Counted from the first letter of the stretch, positions 1-10,271 are shown. The stretch: DNA of 64,000 nt from Ignavibacteria bacterium (GCA_019912545.1 JAIOIK010000112.1:10038-74037), one strand, 5' to 3'. Notes: generated from the letters alone by a model not told the origin. A program made the numbers and translations.

Positions 1-3000
1 CTGTTTGGGCTTTAGGGCCTGTTTCTCTTCCGCCATCATCGTTCCGAAGTGATAGTGTTAATTCAGGTTTGTATCTTGTGCCAGTTATTTCAAGTACCAC
101 ATACATTACTTCTGTTGCATTATCAGCAGTACGAATGTTCTTATACTCAGCCTGAATATTCAGGAGTGGGTTGTTATAATCCCCGATGAAATCCAAATAG
201 CTGTTATTGATCTTGAAATTCTTATAAAATCTATAATATGAATCCCCTACTATATTTAGCCTTCCAAAGAGCTGGAATCTTCTGTCAAAAGTCCGGTTAT
301 CAAGCCTCAAATTGCCCTGAAACTCGCCGTTTAACTCTTCACGGGTAAGGCTGTTCATATTAACATTAATGAAAACATTCTTTTCCATCAGGATATCCAG
401 ATCGTAAGTGATGTAATCTGCAACAGTAGGCTCTCTTTTTTCAAGGATATAGTTATATCTTAAGAACGGATCAAGATCTGAAAGATCATCATTCGAGATC
501 TTAATAGTTGTATCAAGAAACTTATAACCATTGGGATCAGTCAAAATTCTATAAGTAAAATCGTCGGAATATATATCATATGCAAGGCTTGAAATTGCAG
601 GGAAGAAAATTTTAGCGTTCTTTATCATAAGCTGGCCTGAAACCAAAAGGTTATTAAGATTTCCTTTGATCCTAATCGGCGGATCACCGATGCCTGCAAG
701 CATTTCGCCGTAGAATCCAAACCTGTTTTGTATAGAGGAACCATCCAGCATAAACATTTCACCACTTGTTGTCAGATCAATATCATTAACGCTCAAGCCT
801 GAAAAATTAATTTTCCCGTTTACGTCAATGTGTTTTGACCTATCTTTATCATTAAACAGTGAAAAGTTCTCTACAATAAGGTCAGATTTATCTGTCTTAA
901 GCGTTGATTCAAATCTATAATACAGACCGTTCCATGTAAAAAAAAGTCTGCCTTTGGTAATATCGGCTTTACCAGTAAGTAACGGGTCAGAAATTGTCCC
1001 TGTAGCTTTTATCTCTCCATCAAGGAATCCCCTTACATCTGTGAAATTCGGGATTGCTTTGGAAAAGAAGTTGATCTGAAAGTTAGTAGCTTTTAAACTA
1101 AGATCAAGCGGACTTGTTATAACCGACATATAAGATGCGCTATCGGGGACTTGCAAAGGATTACTAAGCGGTACATTTCCAGTTAACCTAAGCTTACCCT
1201 GTCCCTGGGCATTGCTTAAGAGAACATCGGTTGAAAGATTATTATTGTAATAATCAATAAATGCATCAACCCTTCCAACCTTATTGCCGTCGTAACGCAG
1301 CAGGCTTGTGTTCAGTTCAAGTCCAAGCTTTGGGTCGTCAAGTGTACCTTTGAAAGTCATTAACACTCTTCTCACGTTGCCTTTAAATAAGTTTTCATAA
1401 GTACTGTATCCTCCTTTTTTATTATATAAAGCATTCGGATCATAAATAAGCTGCACCAAGGCGGGAATACTGATGCTGCCGGCTTCAAGGTACATGTTGC
1501 TTGTATCTTTGAAGGAATAGGTGCCTCCAATATTCAGTTTAACGTAGTCACCCGAAATATTAAATTTATCAAAATTTATCTCCTGCCTGCCGGAATAAGG
1601 ATGATATCCAACCAGCAACGTGTCATCGTTTTGTATATCGATCCTGTTATAACTCGCGAAAAGCTTATCAATACTCAGCGTAACAGAATCATTGTTAAGC
1701 ATTATATTTCCGTTTACATCAAGCCTTATAATAGAATCCTGTGCAGCATTGAGTGAAAAATGCTGAATGGCGTTAGCCAGATTAATGCTCGTCTTCACAC
1801 TGTCATATATCCGTGTACCAAGTCTAAGGGTATCAGCGTTAAATGTAATGTTTGAAGTGAACGAACTAAAATCTCCCTTTGGCGCAAAAGTATAATTTCC
1901 GTAATTGTTAAAATGCTTAAATTCAGCATCTGCATTTCTTAATAGTATTACAGTATCTTTGTACGCAAATTCATCAAGGTTTGCTTTTGTATAACCATTA
2001 AAGCCAAGCGAAGAATTCTTTATGCTTCCCTTAATATCTCCTTTTAAATACATGTCGCTTAAGAAGAACATCTTCGAAACTGCATCGGGATCTTTTGTTT
2101 TAAGCTCATAAGTAAAATCCATTGAAGCATTAGAAATAGCAGTGTTTTGCACAGGCATAAGAGTATCAAGGTTGAATTTCTTACTTATCTCATTTTGTAT
2201 CATTACTATGTTGCTTGCAATAACAACGCCGATTTCCGCAATCTTAAATGTACCCTTTGCATTGAAATCGATAAGGTTACTTGTTAACACCACGTAATCA
2301 TTTGCGCCTGATGTTGAGATTTTAAGATCAATCGGTGTAGCAAGAAAATCATAATTCCCGTAATATGAATTCGCCAGATTTATGTTGTAGGTTCCTTCGA
2401 GTCCTTCGGGGGATATTCCCCTTCCGTTCATATCGAACGCAAATGTGAGGCTGCTTTTATCATCAGCATTCTTTGTATATGTAGAAATATCCAGATTCTT
2501 TACATGGCCTTTAAGCGAATAAACAGGATTATTAAAATCACGGATATTTACATTGCCTTTAACCAGAGCATCAAATTTTCCGGATGCATAAGTAACGTCT
2601 GCTTCTATGTTATATCCCCGCAGGTTTAGAATGCCTGCTGATTTATCGATCTTCTGCTCGAGTAATTTCGTATCGTGAAGCTCATACTTTAAAGTTGTAT
2701 TTATATTAGCAAGATCAAATCCGCTTCCGATAGCCTCAACGTGCCCGTTTATATTGCTTTCAAGCTTTGGGTCTTTAATTACTTTGCCAATATTGCCGCC
2801 AGTTACATCAACTGAAGTGCTGTATTTGAAATTCGGAACTTTCAGGTTCATGTTATAAAACCCTTTGGCATTCCCAACTGTTGACTGCATATCAAAAGTT
2901 GATTCAAAATCCAGCGGCTCGCCTTTATATGTAACATTCCCTGTAACAACGCCTAAATGTGTATAATCAGGTATTGGCAGTCCCGGGGTATATCTCTTTG

Positions 3001-4177
3001 TATCATCAGGGTCAATTCTGAACTCATTGCTTTTCACATCAAACCACAAATATTCAGGATCAACAAGATTTTTCATCCTCCCGGTAAATCCCATATTGGT
3101 GTTTGGAGTTTCTATCCTGCATTTTTCTATAATTATATCATCAAACTTGCCTTTTGCTGTTAATTCAAAGAACAGGTCGCCATCAAGAAAGTCAACCGGA
3201 GGCAGGAAAGCTTTGAGATCATCAAAATCGAAATTTTTACCTACAACACTCAGCCTTAGGTCTTTGCCTTTAAACGATGGAAGACCGTCAACTTTCATCA
3301 GATCAAGTTTATCAATGAATACATAATCCATCATTACCCAGCTACGGCTTGATTCAATATTCAGCTTGTTGATCTCTGCGCGTGATTTTGAGATGTAAAA
3401 ATCTCCTGATAGCCCTTTGAGATCAAATCCAAAGTTTGAGTTGAATCCCAAATGGTCTATCCATAACTGAATTGCATTTTTATCATATTGCGCGCGGGTT
3501 TCAAGCGTAAGTGAGCTTATTTTAAGATTATCTGTTGTAAGTGATTTTGATGGTAATATATTTAAAGCTGTTATCGGGATATCCTGCGGTTTAACGGCGA
3601 GCATCACAAAATTCAGGTTTTCAATTCTTAAATGCTGAATGTCTATTTTCCACTCAAATTCGCTTGAATCCTGTGTAGTGTCTTCAGTGGAAAACAGATA
3701 TGCAAAATTCCACACTGAATCACCTTTATCATTAAATATCCTTGTGAAATTTACAGAAGGATTGGTTACGGTTGCCTCAGTAATTTCAATAGTCTTATCA
3801 AGCAGCTTAAATATATTAAAATTCACCTTAAAACGGTCAAGCTTTATCATCTCATCCTGCCTGACCTTAAGCATAGCATCTTTTACAATAATTTCGCTGA
3901 AGAAATTGCCTTCGATCTCACCAATCGTTAACGAAGAGCCTTTTTTGTTAAAATCTTCATTTAACTTGTCAACCAGATATCCTTTAAGAATATCCCTGAA
4001 TACAGCAGTTTGTGTAATAGAAACAAGCAGGGTTACAAGCAGAAGAATAATGCAAAAAGACAAAATAAAGTAAGAAAAAAACCTGGATTTTTTCTTTTGT
4101 TTTTGCGCTCCATTTTTTTTGAGTAGCTCCGGCGCTTTTGGACTCTTTAATGTTTCTATTTTTCTTTCTTCAGCCAA
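1..4177 (-). CDS. tamB: TamB/AsmA-like translocation-and-assembly-module protein (N-terminal ~1392 codons; C-terminus runs off the left window edge)
   Basis: Not in the ORF track because it is open at the window edge. My minus-strand translation met no stop from 4177 to 1. TTG start at 4177; an in-frame stop lies at 4189-4187 and there is no in-frame ATG before the TM helix. N-terminal TM helix FFSYFILSFCIILLLVTLLV is followed by >1300 aa of beta-rich sequence. The last residues seen (LFGRLNIVGDSYYRFYKNFKINNSYLDFIGDYNNPLLNIQAEY) resemble the TamB DUF490 C-terminal region. Confidence 0.7.
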   Translation of the reverse strand, partial: MAEERKIETLKSPKAPELLKKNGAQKQKKKSRFFSYFILSFCIILLLVTLLVSITQTAVFRDILKGYLVDKLNEDFNKKGSSLTIGEIEGNFFSEIIVKDAMLKVRQDEMIKLDRFKVNFNIFKLLDKTIEITEATVTNPSVNFTRIFNDKGDSVWNFAYLFSTEDTTQDSSEFEWKIDIQHLRIENLNFVMLAVKPQDIPITALNILPSKSLTTDNLKISSLTLETRAQYDKNAIQLWIDHLGFNSNFGFDLKGLSGDFYISKSRAEINKLNIESSRSWVMMDYVFIDKLDLMKVDGLPSFKGKDLRLSVVGKNFDFDDLKAFLPPVDFLDGDLFFELTAKGKFDDIIIEKCRIETPNTNMGFTGRMKNLVDPEYLWFDVKSNEFRIDPDDTKRYTPGLPIPDYTHLGVVTGNVTYKGEPLDFESTFDMQSTVGNAKGFYNMNLKVPNFKYSTSVDVTGGNIGKVIKDPKLESNINGHVEAIGSGFDLANINTTLKYELHDTKLLEQKIDKSAGILNLRGYNIEADVTYASGKFDALVKGNVNIRDFNNPVYSLKGHVKNLDISTYTKNADDKSSLTFAFDMNGRGISPEGLEGTYNINLANSYYGNYDFLATPIDLKISTSGANDYVVLTSNLIDFNAKGTFKIAEIGVVIASNIVMIQNEISKKFNLDTLMPVQNTAISNASMDFTYELKTKDPDAVSKMFFLSDMYLKGDIKGSIKNSSLGFNGYTKANLDEFAYKDTVILLRNADAEFKHFNNYGNYTFAPKGDFSSFTSNITFNADTLRLGTRIYDSVKTSINLANAIQHFSLNAAQDSIIRLDVNGNIMLNNDSVTLSIDKLFASYNRIDIQNDDTLLVGYHPYSGRQEINFDKFNISGDYVKLNIGGTYSFKDTSNMYLEAGSISIPALVQLIYDPNALYNKKGGYSTYENLFKGNVRRVLMTFKGTLDDPKLGLELNTSLLRYDGNKVGRVDAFIDYYNNNLSTDVLLSNAQGQGKLRLTGNVPLSNPLQVPDSASYMSVITSPLDLSLKATNFQINFFSKAIPNFTDVRGFLDGEIKATGTISDPLLTGKADITKGRLFFTWNGLYYRFESTLKTDKSDLIVENFSLFNDKDRSKHIDVNGKINFSGLSVNDIDLTTSGEMFMLDGSSIQNRFGFYGEMLAGIGDPPIRIKGNLNNLLVSGQLMIKNAKIFFPAISSLAYDIYSDDFTYRILTDPNGYKFLDTTIKISNDDLSDLDPFLRYNYILEKREPTVADYITYDLDILMEKNVFINVNMNSLTREELNGEFQGNLRLDNRTFDRRFQLFGRLNIVGDSYYRFYKNFKINNSYLDFIGDYNNPLLNIQAEYKNIRTADNATEVMYVVLEITGTRYKPELTLSLRNDDGGRETGPKAQT

Positions 4178-4182
4178 ATAAT

Positions 4183-4668
4183 TTACTTAGTGTAAAGCTG
4201 AATTATTTTATCTATGATATTTGTAGATGAATTATTTTCAACAAATTTGATCCGTTTTATTTCGCCGCCGTTATTTTTAACAACATCAGCGCCAACAATT
4301 TTATCTTCACTCCAGTCAGCACCCTTTACCAAAACATCCGGCAGAACATTACTTATCAGATTAAACGGGTTGTCTTCATCAAAAATAACAACAAAATCGA
4401 CCGGTTTAAGATTCGAAAGAACAAATGCCCTGTTTACCTCAGGCACAATAGGACGCTTATCGCCTTTTATCATTTTTACAGAACTATCTGAATTTAACCC
4501 GACAATTAATACATCACCCATGCTTTTTGCTTCAAGAAGGTATTCCACATGTCCCATGTGGATAATATCAAATACTCCGTTAGTGAAAACTATTTTTTTC
4601 TTTTCTGCTCTCAGTTCCCTTAGCAGTTCCTGAAGACCCTCTCCTGTATAAAATATTCTTTTCATCAA
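4183..4668 (-). CDS. hldC: D-glycero-beta-D-manno-heptose 1-phosphate adenylyltransferase (RfaE domain II as a separate protein)
   Basis: 161 aa with cytidylyltransferase-fold motifs FTNGVFDIIHMGHVEYL and a C-terminal ISSTNIIDKI-like segment. Sits 2 nt downstream of the kinase gene. Confidence 0.8.
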   Translation of the reverse strand: MMKRIFYTGEGLQELLRELRAEKKKIVFTNGVFDIIHMGHVEYLLEAKSMGDVLIVGLNSDSSVKMIKGDKRPIVPEVNRAFVLSNLKPVDFVVIFDEDNPFNLISNVLPDVLVKGADWSEDKIVGADVVKNNGGEIKRIKFVENNSSTNIIDKIIQLYTK

Positions 4669-4670
4669 AT

Positions 4671-5669
4671 TCAGTTCTTAAGAGAGTCTATTAATGCTTT
4701 TTTATAGATCGGGATTATCCCGACTTCTTCGCAAACAATCCCTGCGGCCTGGTTTGCGAGTAATACTGCTTCGGTTATGGTTGCGCCTCCGGCAATTGCC
4801 ACAGCAATTGTTGAGATAACTGTATCGCCTGCGCCTGAGACATCCGCAACTCTTCTGGCTTTTGTGGGGATATTTAGCATTACAGTCTTGCCATTTTCTT
4901 TATCAAAAAGCATCATCCCTTTTTCTCCGCGTGTTAATACAAGATACTCGCAGTTAAGCCGATCAATAAGTTTTCTTCCGGCTTCAACTGCGCTTTGGTC
5001 TCCGTCAACTGTCATTGCAAGTATATCACTTACTTCTTTCCTGTTGGGCTTGAAAATTGTTACATCTCTGTATTCAAAAAAATTGGTAAATTTCGGATCA
5101 ACATATACAGGCTTTTTTGCTTTCCTGCAAAGAGTGATTATTCCTGTGATAAGCTCTTTTGTTAAAACTCCTTTGTTATAATCCTGGAAAATTACTGCTT
5201 CGAAGTTTTTAAGATTACTCTTTACAAATGCGAGGATCTTATTTCTCAGGTCGTTTGAAAGATCATGCTTCTTTTCGCTATCAACCCTAAGCACATGCTG
5301 CGAATGAGAAATTACTCTTGTCTTTGCAGTGGTTGGTCTTGATTTATCTCTGAAAATTCCGATCGTTGAAAGCTTAAGGCTTTTCATCACCTTAATGTAA
5401 TCTTTTGAATCATTATCATGTCCAATTACACCAATGAGAATTGGCTCAGCCTCAAGAGCTTTGATGTTATTTGCAACATTTGCCGCACCGCCAAGCTTAT
5501 ATTCGGTCTTTTTAGTATCAATAACGGGTACAGGCGCCTCGGGAGAAATCCTTGAAATATCACCGTAAACGTATTTATCAAGCATTACATCACCAATTAC
5601 GGCGATTTTCTTGTTTTTACTTTTGCTTAAAATCGCGCCAAGCCTTGAAGAAGATATGTGTATAGTCAT
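4671..5669 (-). CDS. hldA: D-glycero-beta-D-manno-heptose-7-phosphate kinase (RfaE domain I, PfkB family)
   Basis: 332 aa with the PfkB ribokinase-like pattern: VIGDVMLDKY, GGAANVA, and C-terminal DVSGAGDTVISTIA. Confidence 0.8.
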   Translation of the reverse strand: MTIHISSSRLGAILSKSKNKKIAVIGDVMLDKYVYGDISRISPEAPVPVIDTKKTEYKLGGAANVANNIKALEAEPILIGVIGHDNDSKDYIKVMKSLKLSTIGIFRDKSRPTTAKTRVISHSQHVLRVDSEKKHDLSNDLRNKILAFVKSNLKNFEAVIFQDYNKGVLTKELITGIITLCRKAKKPVYVDPKFTNFFEYRDVTIFKPNRKEVSDILAMTVDGDQSAVEAGRKLIDRLNCEYLVLTRGEKGMMLFDKENGKTVMLNIPTKARRVADVSGAGDTVISTIAVAIAGGATITEAVLLANQAAGIVCEEVGIIPIYKKALIDSLKN

Positions 5670-5818
5670 TAAGTTATGGATTCAGACAAATTCCCGAGAA
5701 ATTGGGAAAATAATTAAAATTAAGCAAATATAGAGTTATTAGATGGTTTATTCAATTGAAAAACATGATTAATCCTTTCATTGAAACCCTGCGATTTTTT
5801 GCGTATTTTTGTTGTTCT

Positions 5819-7612
5819 ATGCAATTTACCAAGCGAACAAATACATGCGGCGAGCTGGAGCTTGCTGATTCAGGAAAACGTGTCTCTCTTAACGGGTGGG
5901 TATCACAGGTCCGTGACTTGGGCGGGGTTATTTTTGTTAATCTAAGGGATAGATACGGCGTAACTCAGCTTACAATTCCTTCCGAAAACAAGCAAGTTTA
6001 CGATATTGCCAAATCACTTGGTTTGGAATATGTTATTTCGGCTACGGGGATAGTTCAGAAAAGAAGTTCCGCTAATCCGAATATGAAAACCGGTGAGGTT
6101 GAAGTCCTTGCGGAAATTATTGAAATATTGAATGTTTCTGAAACTACTCCTTTTGTAGTTGAGGAAGAAGTTAAGGCTTCCGAGGAGTTAAGATGGAAAT
6201 ACCGTTACCTGGATCTCAGAAGAAAAAAAATAGCCGATAACCTTGTTCTAAGGAGCAAAGTTTACCAGATAGTGCACAGATATTTTGAACGTGAGAATTT
6301 TGTTGAGATAGAAACTCCGATTTTAATGAAATCCACTCCAGAAGGTGCACGCGACTATCTTGTACCATCACGCGTTCATAAAGGAAAATTTTACGCGCTG
6401 CCGCAATCACCGCAAACATATAAGCAGATACTTATGGTAAGCGGAATGGATAAATACGTGCAAATATGCAAATGTTTCCGTGATGAAGACCTTAGGGCCG
6501 ATAGGCAGCCTGAGTTTACACAGATTGATCTTGAAATGAGTTTCGTTGAGGAAAAAGATGTATTCAAAGTTGTTGAAGGCGTTATTTGTGATATATGGAA
6601 AGAAGCTGCAGGCATTGAGCTAAATACTCCATTTAAAATTATGAGCTATGATGAAGCAATGCAGGCATTTGGAAGCGATAAGCCGGATTTAAGAGTCAAA
6701 GGTGAGATGAAAATCGTTAATATAACAGATACCGTTAAGAATACCGAATTCAAAGTTTTTAATGATGCAATTTCGCAAAAAGGAATTGTTGCAGGAATAA
6801 AATTGACCGCTCAGGAAGTTTCAAGAAAAATTATTGATTCATTGACAGATTATGTGAAGACATTAAAATTTGGCGGACTTGGTTATATTAAATATAATGC
6901 TGACGGATCATCTGCATCTCCGATGCTTAAATTTTTGAATGATGAGATTCAGTCCGGGATTAAGAAAGATTTTGATGCAAATCCGGGTGATGTTGTATTT
7001 ATTTTATCAGGCGAAAAGAAAAAGGTTCTTTCTGCGCTTGGCAATTTGCGGCTTAAGCTTGCTGAAATGTTTAATTTGATAGATGAGACAAAGTACGAAT
7101 TTGTGTGGATAAACAATTTCCCAATTTTTGGATTTGAAGAATCCGATAACAGCTTTTATGCAGAACACCATGCTTTTACTATGCCAAATACAGAAGACAT
7201 GGCAAAACTGGATAATGGGTATAAAAATCCGAAAGAAAATATAGAAGACCTCTTGAGCATAAGGGCAACATGTTATGACCTTGTTTGCAACGGAAACGAA
7301 TTTGGCTCAGGAAGCATTAGAATACACAGAAGCGACATTCAGCAGAAGGTATTTTCAGTTCTTGACCTAACCAAAGATCAGCAGGAGGAGAAGTTCGGAT
7401 TTTTACTGGATGCGTTCAAGTTCGGCGCTCCCCCACATGGCGGTTTTGCTCTCGGGTTTGATAGAATTATTGCCATTCTTTGCGGAACTAAGGATATCCG
7501 CGAAACAATAGCCTTCCCAAAAACGACAAGCGCAGTGGGATTGATGGATAGCTGCCCGAGTATCGTTGAAGAAAAACAACTAAAAGAGCTGGGAATATCA
7601 ATCAACAGTTAA
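5819..7612 (+). CDS. aspS: Aspartate--tRNA ligase
   Basis: Class IIb aaRS motifs (FRDEDLRADRQPEFTQID, GSGSIRIH, GLDRI-like FDRII). I place the start at ATG 5819 (MQFTKRTNTCGEL), which matches the usual AspRS N-terminus. The track start, TTG 5756, adds 21 non-homologous residues. A TATTTTTG box lies at 5804-5811. Confidence 0.9.
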   Translation: MQFTKRTNTCGELELADSGKRVSLNGWVSQVRDLGGVIFVNLRDRYGVTQLTIPSENKQVYDIAKSLGLEYVISATGIVQKRSSANPNMKTGEVEVLAEIIEILNVSETTPFVVEEEVKASEELRWKYRYLDLRRKKIADNLVLRSKVYQIVHRYFERENFVEIETPILMKSTPEGARDYLVPSRVHKGKFYALPQSPQTYKQILMVSGMDKYVQICKCFRDEDLRADRQPEFTQIDLEMSFVEEKDVFKVVEGVICDIWKEAAGIELNTPFKIMSYDEAMQAFGSDKPDLRVKGEMKIVNITDTVKNTEFKVFNDAISQKGIVAGIKLTAQEVSRKIIDSLTDYVKTLKFGGLGYIKYNADGSSASPMLKFLNDEIQSGIKKDFDANPGDVVFILSGEKKKVLSALGNLRLKLAEMFNLIDETKYEFVWINNFPIFGFEESDNSFYAEHHAFTMPNTEDMAKLDNGYKNPKENIEDLLSIRATCYDLVCNGNEFGSGSIRIHRSDIQQKVFSVLDLTKDQQEEKFGFLLDAFKFGAPPHGGFALGFDRIIAILCGTKDIRETIAFPKTTSAVGLMDSCPSIVEEKQLKELGISINS

Positions 7613-7672
7613 CAATTTTCAATTAGCAATATTCATATTCAAGAATCTCGATTTGCAGCAAACATTAAAAAC

Positions 7673-8224
7673 ATGAGCCATAAGATAGGAAATACAGAAA
7701 TAGAAGTAATCCAGGGTGATATAACCTTGCTTGATGTTGAGGCGATCGTGAATCCCGCAAATACATTTTTGCTTCATTCTGGCGGACTTGCAGCCGCAAT
7801 AGTAAAGCGCGGCGGAATGATAATTCAGCAGGAATCAAAAAAGATCGGCAATATTCCAACCGGCACGGCAGTCATAACAAGCGGCGGCAATTTGAAAGCC
7901 AAGCATGTGATTCATGCAGTCGGCCCGAAGTATAAAGACGGTAAATCCGGTGAAGCCCAGAAGCTTGCCTCGGCGGTAAGCTCGGCCCTGATAGTTGCTG
8001 AACGTAAGAAGCTGAAATCAATCGCAATACCTGCAATTAGTTCAGGGATATTTGGTTACCCCACTACTGAGAGTGCAAAGATAATTGTAGAGACAACACT
8101 TGAGCATTTTGATGCTAAGAAGAAATCCAGCGAAGAAACCACGCTTGAAAAAGTTGTGTTCTGCTTATTAGATGAAACTGCTTTTGAACAATTTAATAGA
8201 GAAGTAAAAAATAAATTCAAATAG
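7673..8224 (+). CDS. Macro-domain protein (ADP-ribose binding / O-acetyl-ADP-ribose deacetylase-like)
   Basis: 183 aa with GDITLLDVEAIVNPAN...GGLAAAI...HAVGP...IAIPAISSGIFGYP, the canonical macro-domain motifs. Confidence 0.8.
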   Translation: MSHKIGNTEIEVIQGDITLLDVEAIVNPANTFLLHSGGLAAAIVKRGGMIIQQESKKIGNIPTGTAVITSGGNLKAKHVIHAVGPKYKDGKSGEAQKLASAVSSALIVAERKKLKSIAIPAISSGIFGYPTTESAKIIVETTLEHFDAKKKSSEETTLEKVVFCLLDETAFEQFNREVKNKFK

Positions 8225-8225
8225 A

Positions 8226-8420
8226 ATGAATTATAAATCAATAAATATTGATCCGGAAATTCTTGGCGGGACACCGGTGTTTAATGGTACCCGGGTTCCG
8301 ATCCAGACTTTATTTGATTATTTTGAAGGCGGAGATTCATTACAGCAATTCTTAGACGATTTCCCAACGGTAGAAAAGGAAAAGGCACTGGACGTTCTTA
8401 ATATTATCAACTCACAATAA
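8226..8420 (+). CDS. DUF433 family small protein (antitoxin-like HTH fold)
   Basis: 64 aa. IDPEILGGTPVFNGTRVPIQTLFDYFEGGDSLQQFLDDFP matches the DUF433 signature (GGxPvixGTRipv). Starts 1 nt after the macro-domain stop. Confidence 0.7.
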   Translation: MNYKSINIDPEILGGTPVFNGTRVPIQTLFDYFEGGDSLQQFLDDFPTVEKEKALDVLNIINSQ

Positions 8421-8461
8421 TGGAATAAACTCAATAAATAATTAATATAACCTAACAAAAA

Positions 8462-9787
8462 ATGCCTAAAACATTAGAAAAAGATTTAAAGCTTGAAAAG
8501 TTCAAAGTAAAAGACCTCTCGCTTGCTGAGTGGGGAAGAAAAGAAATACGTCTTGCTGAAGCTGAAATGCCGGGACTCATGGCTATCAGGGAAGAATACA
8601 AAAACTCCAAGCCTTTAAAAGGCGCAAGGATAGCCGGTTGTTTGCATATGACTATTCAAACAGCGGTTTTGATAGAAACACTTATCGAGCTTGGCGCTGA
8701 AGTAAAATGGTCTTCATGCAATATTTTCTCTACACAGGATCACGCAGCAGCGGCAATTGCTGCAGCAGGTATTTCGGTTTATGCCTGGAAGGGCATGAAT
8801 GAGGAAGAGTTTAACTGGTGCATCGAGCAGACACTCTTCTTCGGTTCTTTCGATAGGCCTTTGAATATGATACTTGATGACGGCGGCGACTTGACAAACA
8901 TGGTTCTTGATGATTACCCCGAGCTTATTGCCGGAATTAAAGGTATCAGCGAAGAAACTACAACCGGTGTTCACAGGCTGTATGATAGAATGAAGAACGG
9001 AACACTTTCATTACCCTGCATAAATGTAAATGATTCTGTTACAAAATCGAAGTTTGATAATAAATACGGCTGCAAGGAATCACTTGTTGACGCAATAAGG
9101 CGCGCTACTGATGTTATGATGGCAGGCAAGCTTGCCGTTGTTGCAGGTTATGGTGATGTTGGAAAAGGTTCATCACAGTCACTTCGCGGTGCTGGTGCAA
9201 GAGTTTTGGTAACCGAGATTGATCCGATCTGCGCTCTTCAGGCCGCAATGGATGGATACCAGGTTGTTACTATGGATGAAGCTGCTAAAGTTGCTGATAT
9301 TCTGGTTACAGCAACCGGCAATCTGAACATTATCACAGACAGGCACTTCAAATCAATGAAAGATAAAGCTATCGTTTGCAATATCGGTCATTTTGATAAC
9401 GAAATTGATATGGCATGGCTGAATAAGAATTACGGCAGCACAAAGGAAACCATAAAACCGCAGGTTGATATTTACAATGTTGACGGCAAGGAAATTATTG
9501 TTCTTGCAGAAGGCCGCCTTGTAAATCTGGGCTGCGCGATGGGGCACCCTTCGTTTGTAATGTCGAATTCATTTTCAAACCAAACACTTGCACAGATTGA
9601 GCTTTGGCAGAATCACACCAACTACAAAAATGAAGTTTACGTATTGCCAAAGCATCTTGATGAAAAAGTTGCAAGGCTCCATCTTGCAAAGGTAGGCGCT
9701 AAGCTTGAGAAACTCTCTCCAGAGCAGGCAAAATATATCGGCGTCGAGGTAGAAGGACCTTTCAAAGCAGAGTGGTATAGGTATTAA
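8462..9787 (+). CDS. ahcY: Adenosylhomocysteinase
   Basis: 441 aa with SAH hydrolase motifs ([25 protein letters not shown] site, HFDNEID, C-terminal YRY). Confidence 0.92.
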   Translation: MPKTLEKDLKLEKFKVKDLSLAEWGRKEIRLAEAEMPGLMAIREEYKNSKPLKGARIAGCLHMTIQTAVLIETLIELGAEVKWSSCNIFSTQDHAAAAIAAAGISVYAWKGMNEEEFNWCIEQTLFFGSFDRPLNMILDDGGDLTNMVLDDYPELIAGIKGISEETTTGVHRLYDRMKNGTLSLPCINVNDSVTKSKFDNKYGCKESLVDAIRRATDVMMAGKLAVVAGYGDVGKGSSQSLRGAGARVLVTEIDPICALQAAMDGYQVVTMDEAAKVADILVTATGNLNIITDRHFKSMKDKAIVCNIGHFDNEIDMAWLNKNYGSTKETIKPQVDIYNVDGKEIIVLAEGRLVNLGCAMGHPSFVMSNSFSNQTLAQIELWQNHTNYKNEVYVLPKHLDEKVARLHLAKVGAKLEKLSPEQAKYIGVEVEGPFKAEWYRY

Positions 9788-9805
9788 TTAATCCATTATA
9801 GACTA

Positions 9806-9839
9806 AAGGCAGTCAAATATTAATTGACTGCCTTTTTTT
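9806..9839 (+). terminator. Rho-independent terminator after ahcY
   Basis: Stem aaggcagtcaa / ttgactgcctt with loop atattaa, followed by a T7 run. Confidence 0.8.
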
Positions 9840-9930
9840 ATTGTATTAACTGAGATGGGGAAGCCCCGGTTATGAAAACCCGGAGCTTTTTAGGAGGTAA
9901 AACAATTGCGGTATTCCAGTGAGTAAAAAC

Positions 9931-10062
9931 TTAGAAGACGAGACTTAGAAGATTATCAATTGTTGATTTTAAAGACCAGTAGTATTGAACATTGTAGAAT
10001 AATATGTATGCTGCTACTAATGCGCCCTGAACCATTGTTATTATAAAATTTATTGCTTTCAT
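9931..10062 (-). CDS. Micro-ORF B, 43-aa hydrophobic peptide (single predicted TM)
   Basis: Below the 60-aa cutoff of the ORF track. ATG at 10062 is preceded by AAGGGA 8 nt upstream. Peptide: MKAINFIITMVQGALVAAYILFYNVQYYWSLKSTIDNLLSLVF. Begins 38 nt after micro-ORF A. Confidence 0.4.
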   Translation of the reverse strand: MKAINFIITMVQGALVAAYILFYNVQYYWSLKSTIDNLLSLVF

Positions 10063-10100
10063 TTTAGTATTCCCTTTATTTTTTATTTTTTTGTTTTTTA

Positions 10101-10271
10101 TTAAAGACCCTGGTTTGATTTGCTTTCGTAATTTCTTTCAATGAACCTTCTGTAATCTAATTCGTTGTGCATTTCTTTAAATTCGCCGTTTCCCTCAAAT
10201 ACCCAGTAGAACTGAAAATCTGTGATCTTGAAATTTCTGATGGTTACTTTGTTTTTTTCTGCGTTTTTCAT
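10101..10271 (-). CDS. Micro-ORF A, 56-aa soluble peptide of unknown function
   Basis: Below the 60-aa cutoff of the ORF track. ATG at 10271 has GGAG 9 nt upstream. Peptide: MKNAEKNKVTIRNFKITDFQFYWVFEGNGEFKEMHNELDYRRFIERNYESKSNQGL. Lies 53 nt downstream of the conserved promoter box. Confidence 0.5.
   Translation of the reverse strand: MKNAEKNKVTIRNFKITDFQFYWVFEGNGEFKEMHNELDYRRFIERNYESKSNQGL

Noticed and set aside
2957-4073. Three plus-strand track ORFs (68, 99 and 144 aa) inside the first 4 kb
   Set aside because: They lie antisense to a continuous, stop-free minus-strand TamB-like reading frame. Their composition is low-complexity and serine/leucine-rich, which is typical of antisense artefacts.
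5756-5818. Track N-terminal extension of aspS, and likewise TTG 21075 and TTG 56761 for the phosphatase and hydratase genes
   Set aside because: The extensions add hydrophobic or non-homologous residues ahead of N-termini that match the families well from the internal ATG. I preferred the ATG starts.
8421-8461. Possible SAH riboswitch upstream of ahcY
   Set aside because: The gap is only 41 nt with no pseudoknot-capable GC-rich stems. That is too short for the known SAH riboswitch.
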